The translations under genes and the position numbers were made by a program. Under the pieces are notes generated by a model. The model saw only the letters and a list, made by a program, of their open reading frames with translations. It was not told where the DNA came from and did not search any database. Of a stretch of DNA of 64,000 nt, positions 34,622-48,334 are shown in pieces (within the stretch, counting starts at the first letter, position 1; each line of letters begins with the position of its first letter). Location of the stretch: NCBI RefSeq assembly GCF_006345805.1, contig NC_042998.1, positions 159,774,001 through 159,838,000 of the forward strand, read 5' to 3'. This stretch comes from Octopus sinensis (Eukaryota).

Positions 34622-36370
34622 TATTGCCTATGCACAGCTTCTAACACTGGAGATGTACTATGGTGTCAGCTGTTCACTACCAGTGAACTAAGGTAACACC
34701 TCTTATTTTTTGAGCACCTTCCGGAGTATTCGCGCAGCGCTTTTTACATACTATGCTATGTTGTTTTCTTCTGCTCTAATGCTGTGTTCACATCCAATAA
34801 GTCCTCTTACCCCTCTTTTTCTTGGTACATACAGTCTGTCTGTGTCACTTTTTGGGTGGAGTGACCTGTATCTAGATAGCAACTTCCTTGCCTTTCAGTC
34901 TAAGCTGTTTAGTTCGTCAACTGTCCATACGATTACCCATGCACCATATCCAAGGAGTGAAACCGCCCAGGTGTTGATAGCTTCAGTCTTATTCCGTCCG
35001 TTTAATTTCAGTTTAAGGATCAGTCTCAATCTGCGCAAGTACTCCACCTTAAATTTTTCTGTCATTTCTTTCTCCATCAATTTATCTATTTTCAAAATCC
35101 CCAAGTACTTATTGCCCATCTCTTTTATCTGCTTCATAACTTCCCCTGATGGTATCGATACCCTGTTCATACATTTGAATTTGCTTTGTTTCAAGACTAA
35201 CACACCACAGTTTCTCAATCCAAACTCCATTCTGATATCAGCACTGAAAGTATACACCATAGCAACGAGGGAACTGACTTGGGCTTCATCTTTACCATAA
35301 AGTTTGAGGTCATCCATGAATAACAAATGGTTGACTTTTTGTTGGCAGCCTTTGAAGACATACCCAGCTTTTGCTTTCTTCAGAATTAGTGTTAGTGGTA
35401 TCAAGCACAGTACAAGGATCAGTGAGGACAGGCAGTCCCCTTGGACACAGCGCCCTGTGTTTTTGTTCGCTTTTAAGCTCCCCTTTCTCTTTTCAGCACC
35501 CTGTGTTTTTGTTCACTTTTAAGCTCCCCTTTCTCTTTTCAGTCCAACACAGAAATTTCCTTCGAGAGCTTATCTAACCCTGCCTGTATTCTTCTCTTTC
35601 ACCATGGATCTTTTCTGTTGTCACTTCCATTATATTTCTTTTTCTTGACATCAACACCCACGTTTTCTGCTACAACAATACTTGCTGCCTTGATCAAATT
35701 ATTTGTTTCTGTGACGTTGTTTGTTCTGATGTATTTCAGAATTTCATTAACATTTTTCTTTTCTTAACTCAATTTCCACCGATCAACCTTTTTAAGGTTG
35801 CAAATGATGTCACTATCATTCTCTAGTAGTCTTGCCTTTATTCTGTCTTAGATTGCCTTTTGTTCATCTGTCATGTCGCCATTAGTTTTATTGTCTTCTT
35901 TTAGATCATCTATTTGTCTCTCATCAAGTAAACTACCACTGCTCCTTTCCTGTGCTATGAGATTACTTCTATTAGTAAGAACTGTATTTTTCATCGTTAT
36001 CTCTGCTGCTATTTTCCAAGACCTGTCTTTTGATAGCTTCGAGCTCTACTTCCATGAACCAACGATTTTTTCTTATTGCTCTTGCTTGATCACATAGTCT
36101 CTGTTCCATGAATTGAAACAATCTCATTTTCATCTACCGGTTGCTCAGGTAGTAACACTCCATGACAACAGCATTAATTTGCTTTCTCCATCTATGCCAT
36201 GAGTGGTGGTCCCTTTCTGGATATCAACAGGCTGGAGCTGGACCAGAATCTCTGAGCCTGCCAGGTGCAACACCCTCACCATCAGTTGCTTCAATTTCAT
36301 TACCACCATTATTCATGATATTTTGTTTTTTCATTGTCACTCATATGAAGTAGCGATTATCAGGTTGCAC
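34622..36370 (-). mobile_element. R4/Dong-like non-LTR retrotransposon, deleted and decayed, with (TAA)n tail
   Basis: VNHLLFMDDLKLYGK...KYLGI...KLNGRNKTEAINTWAV. The 3' end is shared with 48922-49020. Confidence 0.8.
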
Positions 36371-36494
36371 AATTACCAGTATTTTTATTGTGACACCATC
36401 ATTAGATGTATCATTAATCAGGACATGAAGAGGCTCCACCCACTTCCTTTCATTATTAATATTATTATTATTATTATTATTTTTATTTTTATTA

Positions 36495-36537
<43 letters not shown>

Positions 36538-36943
36538 CACTGATATTATTGTTTTTATTTTTTTACTATTTGTCATTTTTATATTAAACATCCTCTTTAT
36601 TCCAAGAACGCTACAATTTTCTCTGTTCGGACAGACAAAAGATTATCTCCAGTAAATTTTTAAACCTTAATATCTATAATTTTCTGTGAAAAATTTACCT
36701 TCCTTTTATTTCCTTTCCTTTCTCCCTGGGTATTCAAAAATGTAAACATCCTTTTCATTGCAAAAATACTACTGTATTCTCCAGCTGGACAGACAAATGA
36801 ATGTCTCAAGAAAACTTTAAAACTTTAATATATTAAATTGTGTATGAAACTTATCCCTGACAACCCAAATATGTAAACATACCTTTTATTGCAACAACAC
36901 AATTGAATTCAGAAATTCAAAAATTCAACAACATGAATATCAG

Positions 36944-36975
<32 letters not shown>

Positions 36976-37286
36976 CATTGTTTTTTCTACCAGTAATTAC
37001 AAATAGAACAGATTGAATTGCTTCTTTTCAAGGCCAAGGGCAAACACATTTGACCTCTGCTGACCCAAGGGGTGTGAAGATTCTTTTGTCTCTATTGCTG
37101 ACCTCCCCACCATCTGTGGAATCTATTCATAGACCTGTAGAATTTGATCTGTTCACCAAGCTGCTACTTGTCCTCCAACTGTTTCCTTCAACAACCACAT
37201 ATTTATGATTATCTCCAGTACAGGACAAAAGTTGAAAAAAAAATAAAGAATCTTTTAATAATAAATGGAAATAGTAATATTGATAA

Positions 37287-37923
37287 CTAGCAGTATCGCC
37301 CGGCGTTGCTCTGGTTTGTAAGGGAAATAACTATATAAGCATTTTTAGAGAGTTATAGCCAAAAAATAGCAAAAAATGCATTAAAAATGGAAAAAATATG
37401 ATGGTAAATTTTTTGAAAAATCGTTGACTCATCGTAGACATTTTTAGAGAGTTACTTCCCTTATATAATAGCGAAAAAATGCATTAAAATGGAAAAAAAA
37501 CGATGGTAAATTTTTTTTTAAATCGTATACTCATGTAGACGCTTTCTTAGCCATTTCTGTTTTGGTGTCTTCAAGCCATGAAGTCGTTGTTCTAAAAGAA
37601 CGCTGGTCTCCTTGACAACGCATTACGACGTTGATTTCCTTACACTCCCTTCCCCACAGGTGCAGGTGTGAGCGTGGACGCCAACTCCGCCGCCATCGAC
37701 ACACGAAAAATTATGCATTAAAATGGAATAAAAAATGATGTTAAATTATTTTTAAAATCGTAGACTCATCGTAGACGCGCGCTAATACTCAGACGCGCTC
37801 GATATGAATCACGACTATAAGATACCCGAATTTGGTTAAACTGCACCGCAAAATGTGGGAGTAGTTAGGAATCTAAATCGAAGGGGACAGACACTCACAC
37901 AACTACAGTTTTATATATATAGA
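37287..37923 (-). mobile_element. Complete non-autonomous Helitron, 637 bp
   Basis: Minus strand: A|TCTATATATATAAAACTG...GAGCAACGCCGGGCGATACTG-CTAG|T. That gives a TC start, a CTAG end, an AT target and no TSD. Confidence 0.85.
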
Positions 37924-37984
37924 TATACATAGCGCAGTAGTGGTGAGATGTGACAGCAAAGAAAAGCATACATTCACTCTCTGC

Positions 37985-38375
37985 ATGCAATTAGACTCGG
38001 AAAGTTCGTGAGGAACCCATTGACCCAATTTGCTGACTTTTCCGATAGCACACAGGTCTCAATGAATGGTTGAATGACCAAATCCAAGCTTCTCTGCTAG
38101 TTCCTCAACAGTTACGATGAGATTTTGTTCCACCAGGGTTTTCAGGATGTCCTTGTCGAGTTCTACAGATCTTTCAGGATGAGGCTCGTCTTCTAGGCTG
38201 TTCCAATATAGCTTTGAAAAAAATAGCTGTTAAAATCGAAATGCACTCTTCAAAACTTGCACTATGAATAAGGACAAGATAAAATTACTACCTGCTTTTA
38301 TAGCAAGTTAATATAAGTAGTTTATCCCATTCCCCTCTGACTTTTAGTTCAAGCTGTTGAAAAAAACGCATTATT
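37985..38375 (-). mobile_element. Mariner fragment (N-terminal transposase)
   Basis: Hand translation: SLEDEPHPERSVELDKDILKTLVEQN...GKVSKLGQWVPHELSES. Confidence 0.75.
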
Positions 38376-38408
38376 ATATATATATACATACATACATACA
38401 TACATACA

Positions 38409-38440
<32 letters not shown>

Positions 38441-38959
38441 CACACACACTCTCTCTCTCACACACATGCACACATTTATATTCTGTTATTCTTTTATATG
38501 TTTCAGCCTTGAGGTTGTGGCCATGCTGGATCATGTGTGTGTGTCTATCTGTCTGTCTGTCTGTATGTATATATGTATATATATATGTGTGTGAACAATA
38601 ATATTTTCAACAGATGTGTTGCAAATGTATCTGATTGTTCTCAAGCTTCAATACTGTGTGTGTGTGTGTATGTGTGTGTGTGTGTGTGTATGTATGTATA
38701 TGTATGTATGTATATGTATGTATGTATGTGTGTATGTATGTATGTGTGTGTGTATGTATGTATGTGTGTGTGTGTATGTATGTATGTATGTATGTATGTA
38801 TGAGTGTATGTTTACTTTATTACTAACACAAGCCACTACGGTTATTTAATGTAAAGTCTTCCTCAAATCACTATCTCTGGCTATTTACTCTCTTCCAAGA
38901 ACATTTTCACTCACACTTATGTGTTAGCTTCCCATACATTTTACTCATGTATCTATCAG

Positions 38960-39257
38960 CGTGATAGAGAGAAACATATATTACATCTAGTTTCACTTTA
39001 TTTGTTGCCCACTGTGTGTGTGCGTTTGCGTGTGGTGTAAACCAGACTAAGAAAAGCATTTGACACACACACCAGAATGTGAGTTTTCTGTAAATTTTGC
39101 TTAATTGGAGTTTAAATTTTAAAAACTGGACCTGGCATGACGCGATGCATTGTACTCTTAAAAATGCTAGGTAAATTGTAATTGAAGAAATCCTATATTG
39201 TAGATTTGTATAACTCCCAAAGGGAGGCAGATAAAATCTGCCTTTTATAATAAGAGA
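38960..39257 (-). mobile_element. Possible Helitron-type 5' end
   Basis: Minus strand begins A|TCTCTTATTATAAAAGGCAGATTTTATCTGCC, including a 7-bp stem hairpin. No CTAG 3' end was identified. Confidence 0.4.
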
Positions 39258-39675
39258 TAACAATAGTAGTGGTGGTGATGGGGATAACGATAATAATAAT
39301 AATAATAATAATAATAATATGCTGCAGCTGCTAATACTACAACTACTACTATTCTGATAGCACATGAATCTGAGGCCTAACTGCCACTACTACCACTACC
39401 CCCACCCCTACTACTGCTGCTACTACACATAGATACAACTATAAAGTCAGTAATTGACAACAGTTATAGAAGACTGAAGAAGTGCCTATTCACCGAAGAA
39501 GATTACAAGTGAGCAATGGACTCTCTGGAAAGTCATTCTGCATGACAGAACATCACTGAGGAAGGCCAGATCAAATAGTGTAATTTTCTATGTGGCTGTC
39601 CATATGAACAGTGCTGGAAATTGGTACTGCCCTGCATAGGCCTGAGTAACCTCTGGTCATTATTGTTATTATTAT

Positions 39676-39915
39676 AAGACAGCAAGCTGGCAGAATCGTT
39701 AACACACTGGTCAAAATGCTTAGCGCCATTTCGTGTCTTTATGTTCTGCATTCAAATTCTGCCAAGGTTGACTTTGCCTTTCATCCTTTCAGGGTCGATA
39801 AAATAAGTACCATTTGAACACTGGGGTCAATGTAACTGACTCATCCTCTCCCCCAAAATTGCTACCCTTGTGACAAAATTTGAAACCATTTTTATTATTA
39901 TCATTATTATTATTA

Positions 39916-39970
<55 letters not shown>

Positions 39971-40225
39971 GTTATCATTTTCATTATAAGACAGTGTGTT
40001 GGCAGAAGTGTTATCATATCAGGCAAAATACTTAGTGGCATTTCATCCATCTTTATGCTCTAAGTTCAAAATCCTCCAAGGTTGACTTTACCTTTCATCC
40101 TTTCGGGGTCAATTAAATAAGTACCAGTTATGCACTGGGATCGATGTAATTGACTGAATCCCTTTTGCCTGTCTTTGTTTGTCCCCTCTATGTTTAGCTC
40201 CCTGTGGGCAATAAAGAAACAAAAA
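39676..40225 (+). mobile_element. Two S1 SINEs separated by (TTA)n
   Basis: Heads near 39676 and 39985, with the same central block as 586-823. Confidence 0.8.
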
Positions 40226-40524
40226 CAATATTATTATTACTTTTATTATTGCTATTGATATCATTCATTTACAAAATGGAAAAGATAGCTAAACATAAAT
40301 CATTTGAAACTGAAGGAAAACCTAAACTTTGCAAAAAGGAAAATGAAGCCTATTATTGCAAGATCACCAGCTCAAATCTTAACAAATATAGTACCAGTCT
40401 GCTGGAATTCAAACTACATATGTATTATGTAATGAATTACTCAACTGAGTACTTGCCAACTCTTCTTCTCATACTGGGTACCATAAATCATTAATTATCA
40501 AAAAGTGGGTATCTAAATAGCAAG

Positions 40525-40860
40525 TTCATCATCAACAATTAACATCTGTTTTCCATGCTGGCATGCTTTGGCTGGCTCAACAGGAACTGGTAAGGCCTGG
40601 TTCCATATTCTGTTTTGGCTTTGTTTCTAATGCCAACCACTCCACAGAATGTACTGTGTGCTTTTTACATGGTACCATCACCAGTGTTTTTTATATGGCA
40701 CTAGCATGAGTGTGTTTTACAAAGCACCACCACCCACACCAAAGCTTTTTACATGGCACTTTGGTTTTAGAATCTCGATTTTGTTGTGGTAGGCAGGTCT
40801 TCTCAAGTAGAGCTATGCACCATATGTCTCAGTCCTCTGTCATCTCCCTCATAAAGTTCA
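40525..40860 (-). mobile_element. Old RTE 3' UTR fragment
   Basis: CATCATC...TTAACATCTGTTTTCCATGCTGGCATG...GTGCTTTTTACATGG. Confidence 0.65.
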
Positions 40861-41303
40861 GCATTATTGAAGATAAATACCAAAGGTGGGCACCAGTAAT
40901 TAAAAAGTTAACTTTGTTAACTGTTAATCCATTAACCAAAAAGTTACCTTCAATAACCGTTAATCTGTTAATTCTTTAAAAATATAACGGAAGTTATCAA
41001 TAAACCATTAACATTAATTTTTATTATAGAAAAAAACAAAAATCAGTTTTTACTCTAAAACCACCTAAAAAGGTGCCAAAACTATAAAATCAGCCTTTTT
41101 TTTTTTGCCTTTCTAAGGTCTTTAGAACCCAAAAACTATAGTTTTTTTTTTTTTTGCTTTAGAGTTAAAAATGCTGATTTTATAGTTTTAACTTTTAAAA
41201 GTTCAATTGAAACACAATACTAGTATTAAACTAAAAAAATTTATTGATAAAGTGACCATAGAAAAATTTTAAAAAAAATGAAAAACAATATATACATTAT
41301 TTA

Positions 41304-42582
41304 TTAGGTTGTCAAGAAAGTTTTTAATTTTGGTTTTAAATGATGTATTTTCAAATTAATTTTCATTAAATTACTTTGACTTTATATAGCATTTTAAAAC
41401 CCGTTTTTCGCTCTATCTAATCGTGTTATTCTTTTTCTTTTTGAATAATTAGACAATTTTTTTTTCTGGAACGTTGAATACAACATGGACTAAAAGCAAA
41501 TTTGCACAATTTTCTTATTCCTGTTCAAGCTAGGCCGAAAAGCTGCTGAAACAGCTCACGATATCAATGATGCATTTGGCCCAGGAACCACTAGTGAACG
41601 TACAGCACAATGGTGGTTCAAGAAATTTTGTAGTGGGTGATGAGAGTTTTGAAGATGATAAGCATAGAGGTTGGCCATCGGATGTTGACAATGATCAACT
41701 AAGAGCCTTAGTGGAAGCCAATCCACGCGCAACTGATTGAGAGCTTGCTTCTGAATTAGACGTAACATATATGACAATTTCCAACTACTTGAAAGAGATT
41801 GGAAAAACAAAAATACTTGAGAAATGGGTGTCTCATGAATTGAATGACAACCAAAAACAATGCCATTTTGAAGAGTTGTCTTCCCTTCTTTTACGCAACA
41901 AGAACAACCCTTTTCTCGTCCGGATTGTGAGTTGCAATGGAAAGCGGATTCTTTACGACAACCAGTGACACTCAGCTCAGTGGTTGGACGCTGATAAAGC
42001 TCCACAGCAATTCCCAAAGCCAAAGTTGCACCAAAAGAAGGTAATGGTGACTGCTTGGTGGTCTGTGGCCGGTCTCATCCATTACAGCTTTTTGGATCCA
42101 GGTGAAACTATTACTGTGGAGAAGTACTGTCAGCAAATGGATGAAATGCATAAGAAACTCCAACAACAACAGCCAGCATTGGTCAATAGAAAAGGACCAA
42201 TTCTTCTCCACAACAACACTCGGCCGCACGTCACACAACTGACCCTGCAGAAGTTGAACGAATTGGGCTATGAAACTCTGCTTCATCCACCATACTCACC
42301 AGACCTCTCGCCTACCGACTACTAATTTTTCAAGCATCTCAACAACTTCCTGCATGAGAAATGCTTCAAAAACCAAGACAATGCCAAACACGCCTTCAAC
42401 GACTTCATCGCTACCAGAATGCAGGATTTTTATGCTAATGACATAAATAAATTTGTTTTGCATTGGCAAAAGTGTGTTGATTCTGATGGTGTTTATTTCA
42501 ATTAATAAAGTTTTGTTTGAGCTGAGATATGTGCATCTGAATTTAAAGGTTAAAAACCACAAGAACTTTCTTGACAACCTAA
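41304..42582 (+). mobile_element. Full-length mariner (1279 bp) with TIRs and TA TSD
   Basis: TA|TTAGGTTGTCAAGAAAG ... CTTTCTTGACAACCTAA|TA. Confidence 0.93.
41485..42505 (+). pseudogene. Mariner transposase, Hsmar1-like, with stops and frameshift
   Basis: FKLGRKAAETA...QWWFKKF; WVSHEL; ILYDN; LLHNNTRPHV; HPPYSPDLSPTDY. Confidence 0.9.
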
Positions 42583-43886
42583 TAGTTCTTCCTTTTCTTG
42601 TTCTCCACTTTGTTCATGAGATGCATGTTGCCCATCATGAAAATTAGCATACCAAAGTTTCCATCAGACAGGGATGATATGATCTCTTGACCCTCAAGAT
42701 GTCCTTGCTCATAGAGAACAAATGTTCCAATGCAGCACTGGTGGGGATGGCTGTGTTGAACTTGATGAACAAGTCCACCAGCACTTCCTCACCCAAGAAA
42801 GTAGCATCTGTCAGAAAGTCCTTGAAGTTGGCCTCCAGCCAGGTCTTGACCAAATTCTGGGCCTTGTCCTTGAGTGACCTGTGGCTTCTGCTGCTCTGTT
42901 TTGGCTAAGTGACACCACTGAAGAAGTCATCCTCCTCTTTGTTTTTTCTTCCTTCACTGTTGCTGCTCAGTTCATCAGAATGCTGCTTCATGGCTTCCTT
43001 GACCTTACCTTCCTTGCTTTTCCTCACCATGGCAACCTTAGTGTTTTCATATTTATCCAACCAAATGAGGCAAAACCTGGGATAGAAGGCAGCAGCCAGC
43101 TGGTATTCCTCATCCTCCAGGAGGGACCTAAACCTTTTGGCAATGCCTGCCAAAAGTGTATCGACCAAGGGGCTGCAGTAGATGAGGCCCTTGGACTTCA
43201 AGACCTTGAGTCTAATGATCGTCGCAGGAACTTGAGTTAACAGAAATTAACTCAAGTGGACTTGAGTTAATGGGAGTTAAATGTAATGGAAGTTAATTAG
43301 TCCAATAATGATTTCCAAAGTTAACTAGGTTTGATAAATACAGCAACTAACTAACCAAACCTAGTAGGTAAATTAATAGATAGAGGCTACTGTGAAGGAC
43401 TTTAGGGCCACAAAACAGAAGTAGATAGTAAGCAAGGAAATTTCTTTTAACATATAGTAGGAATCTGAAATCACTTCAGAAGAAATTATGCAAACATTTA
43501 GGAAACTGTCATATATCACTTAGAACAGATAACATATGCAAAACTGTTACAGCAGAGAAGTAAATATGTTACTAATGGTATTTGTAATAGTGGACTCTGT
43601 CCTGAAAAATGGCTCTGTATATGGCCAGAATCAACTATTATGCTACTATTAATGCTTTAGCAGTTAAACCAGCATGGTTGTGTAGTAAGAAGCTTACTTC
43701 CCAACTACATGGATCCAGGTTCAGTCCTACTGCACGGCACCTTGGGCAAGTATCTTCTACTATAGCCTTGGGCTGACCAAATCCTTGTGAGTAGATTTGG
43801 TTAACGGAAACTGAAAGAAGCTTGTCATATGTGTTTGTGTATGTATGTATATACATTCATATATCATATATATATATGCTTATATA

Positions 43887-44232
43887 GTAATGCTTATATA
43901 GTCATACTGTTTTGAATTAGTCATGCATTACCTTGTAGCTTTAAGATTTTGAAGATTTTGATTATGTGAACGTTCATTTTTAAAATGACAAAGTAGGGTA
44001 GATGTGAAAGGCAGGATCTGGTCGGTTTGAGAAGAAAATGGGTGTAAGATTTTGGCTGGATATTCTCTTACATGTTTCAGTCATTTGACTGCAGCCATGC
44101 TAGAACACTGCCTTCAAGGGTCTAGTTGAAGAAATCGACCCCAGGACTGATTCTTCGTAAGCCTAGTACTTATTTTATTGGTCTCCTTTGTTGAACTGTC
44201 AAGCAATGGCGGGGGAGACAAATACAGACACA

Positions 44233-44267
<35 letters not shown>

Positions 44268-44644
44268 GTGTATGTATATACATTCATGTGTGTGTCTTTG
44301 TGTCTGTATTTGTCTCCCCCGCCATTGCTTGACAGTTCAACAAAGGAGACCAATAAAATAAGTACTAGGCTTACGAAGAATCAGTCCTGGGGTCGATTTC
44401 TTCAACTAGACCCTTGAAGGCAGTGTTCTAGCATGGCTGCAGTCAAATGACTGAAACATGTAAGAGAATATCCAGCCAAAATCTTACACCCATTTTCTTT
44501 TCAAACCGACCAGATCCTGCCTTTCACATCTACCCTACTTTGTCATTTTAAAAATGAACGTTCACATAATCAAAATCTTCAAAATCTTAAAGCTACAAGG
44601 TAATGCATGACTAATTCAAAACAGTATGACTATATAAGCATTAC
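43887..44644. repeat. Inverted duplication: ~346-bp arms (43887-44232 and 44299-44644) with a 66-bp microsatellite loop
   Basis: The arms appear identical except for one G/A difference near 44030. Confidence 0.95.
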
Positions 44645-45369
44645 ATTTAAAAGAGTAATCTGAATTCTAAAGGGTTCAAACAAATGAAAATGCTAAAAAG
44701 AACTCAAACAAACTCTGCTCTTAATTTATATAACCACCCAAGCAGATTTTTGCAATATCTTCCTTTATCTTCTTTTATTTGTTTCAGTCATTGGACTGTG
44801 GCCATACTGGAGCACCACCTTGAAGGGTTTTAGTCAAACAAATTGACCACAGTACTTCTTTTTCTTTTAAGTCTGGTGCTTATTCAATTGGTTGCTTTGC
44901 TGAACCACTAGGTTATGGGAACATAAACAAACCAGCATCGTTATTAAGTTGTGGAGGGGGACAAATAGACACAAAGGCACACACACACACACACACACAG
45001 ATATATATGCATATGTATATTCCCCTCACTTCCCTCCAGTCTCTCTCAGGTATCCATCTACCTACCTCCACAATATGCCCCTGTTAAATCCCTTCCTCCC
45101 CAACTCTAGCTCTCACTCTACTTTCAAAATCTTATGAACTCACCCACCTACCTACCCTCTTCAATCCCTGATCCACTCTACGATATACATGACCCTATAA
45201 CTTGGGTGTATGGCCCCTGGCCCCTCTCTGTCACATCTTCACCATTTTTCTCACCTCTCTCTCTTCTCTATCTGAGGAAGCCATGTCTCTTTTCTCAAGA
45301 CACCTTTTCTTCCCTTAAAAATACTTTCTTCCCCAGTTGAGGGGTCTCATCCTGCAAGTTATTTAGTGA

Positions 45370-45570
45370 TCTCACTGTTGCTGGTGCCATATAAAAAGCT
45401 CCCAGTACACTCTGTAAACTGGTTGGCATTAAGAAGGGCATCCAACAGTAGAAACCATGTCAAAAATAGACAGCAACGCTTAGTCTTCTGACTTGCCTAT
45501 TCCTGTCAAACCATCCAACCTATGCCAGCATGAGAAATGGACATTAAATAATGGTGAGCATTATGATGAT
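45370..45570 (+). mobile_element. Old RTE 3' end with degenerate (GAT)n tail
   Basis: GGTTGGCATTAAGAAGGGCATCC...CCAGCATGAGAAATGGACATTAA. Confidence 0.65.
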
Positions 45571-46094
45571 GATTATGATAATGATACTATGTGCTTCCAC
45601 TGTTTCCGTCGACCAAAATCACTCACAAGGCATTGGTCAAATTGGGGATACTGTAGAAGACACTTGCTCTATGTGCCACACAGTGGGACTGAACCAGAAA
45701 CTACATGGTTGCAAAGCAAGCTTTTTAATCACACAGCCATGCCTGCACCTATTATTTTTAACTTGCTTAAATGAAACTAACAATAACAACAATAGTTAGA
45801 AACCAACCTATGTTTGTTTGTGGCTGGTTTCCAGGGAGAGAGAAATACTTGTAAAGTTAATATTTTGGTAGAAAAATACTTGGAACTGCAGTTAGACTGT
45901 GGTTACCACAACTTCATTAACTTCAAAATGTTTTTAACTGTGTGTAGCATGGGGCCCTAGAATATAACATTAGCTGAACAATAGAAAATATTATGGAGTC
46001 ATTTTATGTATATCAAAAATTATGATTTTGGTTGGAAAGTAATCAAATTTTTTTTTAAATGTGGGGGGGATCTTTAACCAAGATACAATAATCA

Positions 46095-46900
46095 GATACA
46101 AGAAAATGTGGAAGTTGGAGGTAGAGAAATCAACATTCTCTATTTTACAGATGGTATTGATCTAATATGGCAAAATGAGAAAGAACTTAGAGATCTGACA
46201 ACATGTCATGACACAATTGCCAGAAGACATGGAATGGAAATAAGCACTGAAAATGCAAAATAATGATGACTAATAAGAACAAAAAGAAAATAGTCAATTC
46301 AATTGAAATAGTAGAGAAGACACTCAAACAAGTTGATGTATTTAAATATTTAGGGAGAATAACAACAGGAGATGAGAGATCAAAGAAAGAAATAAAATGC
46401 AGGATTTGCAGCAGCTACAGTAGCTTTAGCAAAGTAAGATCCCTGTTTAGAAAAATAAAATGATTAAAACAACAAATTTCATTTTGCAAAAGCAACAATC
46501 ATTTCAGCTGCACTTTTTGGGTACAAATCATGTCCATTGATGCTGAACACAAGTAAAAGATCTTGGTCTTTGAAATGAAATATGACAGAAAAGTGCTTCA
46601 CACCTCATAAAGACAACATCAAAGTAATGAGTGTGTTAAAAAAGAAATTATTGAGAAGACTGTGAACCATGAAAGTCTTCTGGCAAATAGTTAAAAGGTG
46701 GAAAATAAAGTGGTTTGGTTGTGTAGCATGACACCATTACACTCTAGCTCTAGCAAATATGATCATACACAGACAAAGCTCTCTGGTAAAAGAGACATAG
46801 GAAGATCACAAAAGGATGGATGAACATCATCAAAGAATGAACAGGGAGGAAGAAGGTGGAACACACAATGTTGGTTTATGACAGGAAAAGATGGATGGAG
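46095..46900 (+). pseudogene. Ancient RTE/BovB-like RT fragment
   Basis: VEVGGREINILYFTDGIDLI...GMEISTE; KQVDVFKYLGRIT...KKEIKCRI. Confidence 0.65.
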
Positions 46901-48334
46901 AAAGCTGTGTCTCTTGTTCACATCTTCAAATTCCCTTTGTTATAAATTTGGATTGATTTGTTCAGTGAAATTGTTTCTGCTGTTTTACATGAAAATCCTA
47001 ACTAATAATGAGTCTCCATTAACTAATAATGACTCTCCAACAATGACCTTCCAGTTGTCTGATCATTGAATTAGTGACTGAACATTCCACAGACACATGT
47101 ACCATTGATGTATTTCTCAGGCAGAATCAGTGAGCCAGTATTATAAGGGTAGGCCATTAAATTACAGGTTCAATTCAACTGACTCCCATAGAGTTTCTGC
47201 CAATCTGATTTCACCTACAAAGTTTAGGTCAACCTGAAGCTAAGATAAAAGACATTCTCTAAAGATATCAGACTTAGTAATTGCGAAGAATACTTCTTAA
47301 GCATTCAACCTTGCTATGTCCTATTGATAGTTTTGTTGTAAATCTGTATAATGTTCTCCCCTTTAAGAGACAGAAGCACAAAAAAACAATCTAGTGACAA
47401 AAGTAATAGAGAACCAGAACTAAATGCCTTGCAGTATCCAGCCTCTATGAGCTCGCTCATCATGCTAGAAATAGCAATTAAATATCCTTCAAATCAGACC
47501 CTACTGTTGAAAACAAATAATTACACAAGTGACCCTAGAACTTTGGGTCAGGGGCAATATGCTTGAATAAAAGATGGGAAAATGTAAGCATATATATAGT
47601 ATGATTGAAAATAATACATGGGATAATCTTGGCTGTAGTGCCTCTGACCATAGATGTTATTGATCAGTGTTGACCTGAAACTAAACAACAGTAGCAACCT
47701 CAAAATATTTATTTCCATCTATGTAGGTTCTGAGTTCAAACACTGCAGGGTAATCCAAAATAAGTATCCGACATGTATTTGAACTGATTCATTTGAATGT
47801 AAATTTCCCATTTAAATGGTAACCTTGTGCCAGAATAACTTCAAGTATACAGTCAATCCTGTACATTTGGAGTTCAAATCCAACCAGAAAGTCACTTCAC
47901 CATTCTTCCCTTTAGTATTGAGGAAAGAAACTTCAGGCAATTTTAGCAATAATATCCTTCCCTCAAAACTTGCAATTTTGTGTCAAGGAAATCAATGATT
48001 TTGAAAGATTTAACATAATGTTATTCAACAGACTTGGAGAGTCACCAGAACTTATTTCAAATGCAACTTGAATGTGCTCAGTAGTATCATTAGATGATAC
48101 AAAATTGTATAACCAAAATCAGACCCTCTATAAATAGCAACCAACTCTCTCATATATCAAACTCTACTGTCTTAAAACAAAAATTGTTGGGTGACACAGT
48201 ACACAATATAATCCTAAATAGACAATGCTTGAAAAATAATAAGAATACTCAAGCAGCTGCTAGCATGTTTGACCTGGGCTAAACAACAGCAAAAAGTTGT
48301 ATTGCTGGGAATTTCAAAATCACATTTATTTTGC

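Larger units (their letters stand above)
40876..43345 (-). mobile_element. hAT-like DNA transposon remnant, split by a mariner
   Basis: The C-terminal dimerisation-like motif FIKFNTAIPTSAALEHLFSMSKDILRVKRS and the upstream LAAAFYPRF lie at 42644-43201. GTTAAC-rich subterminal sequence occurs on both sides. The ends are uncertain. Confidence 0.65.
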
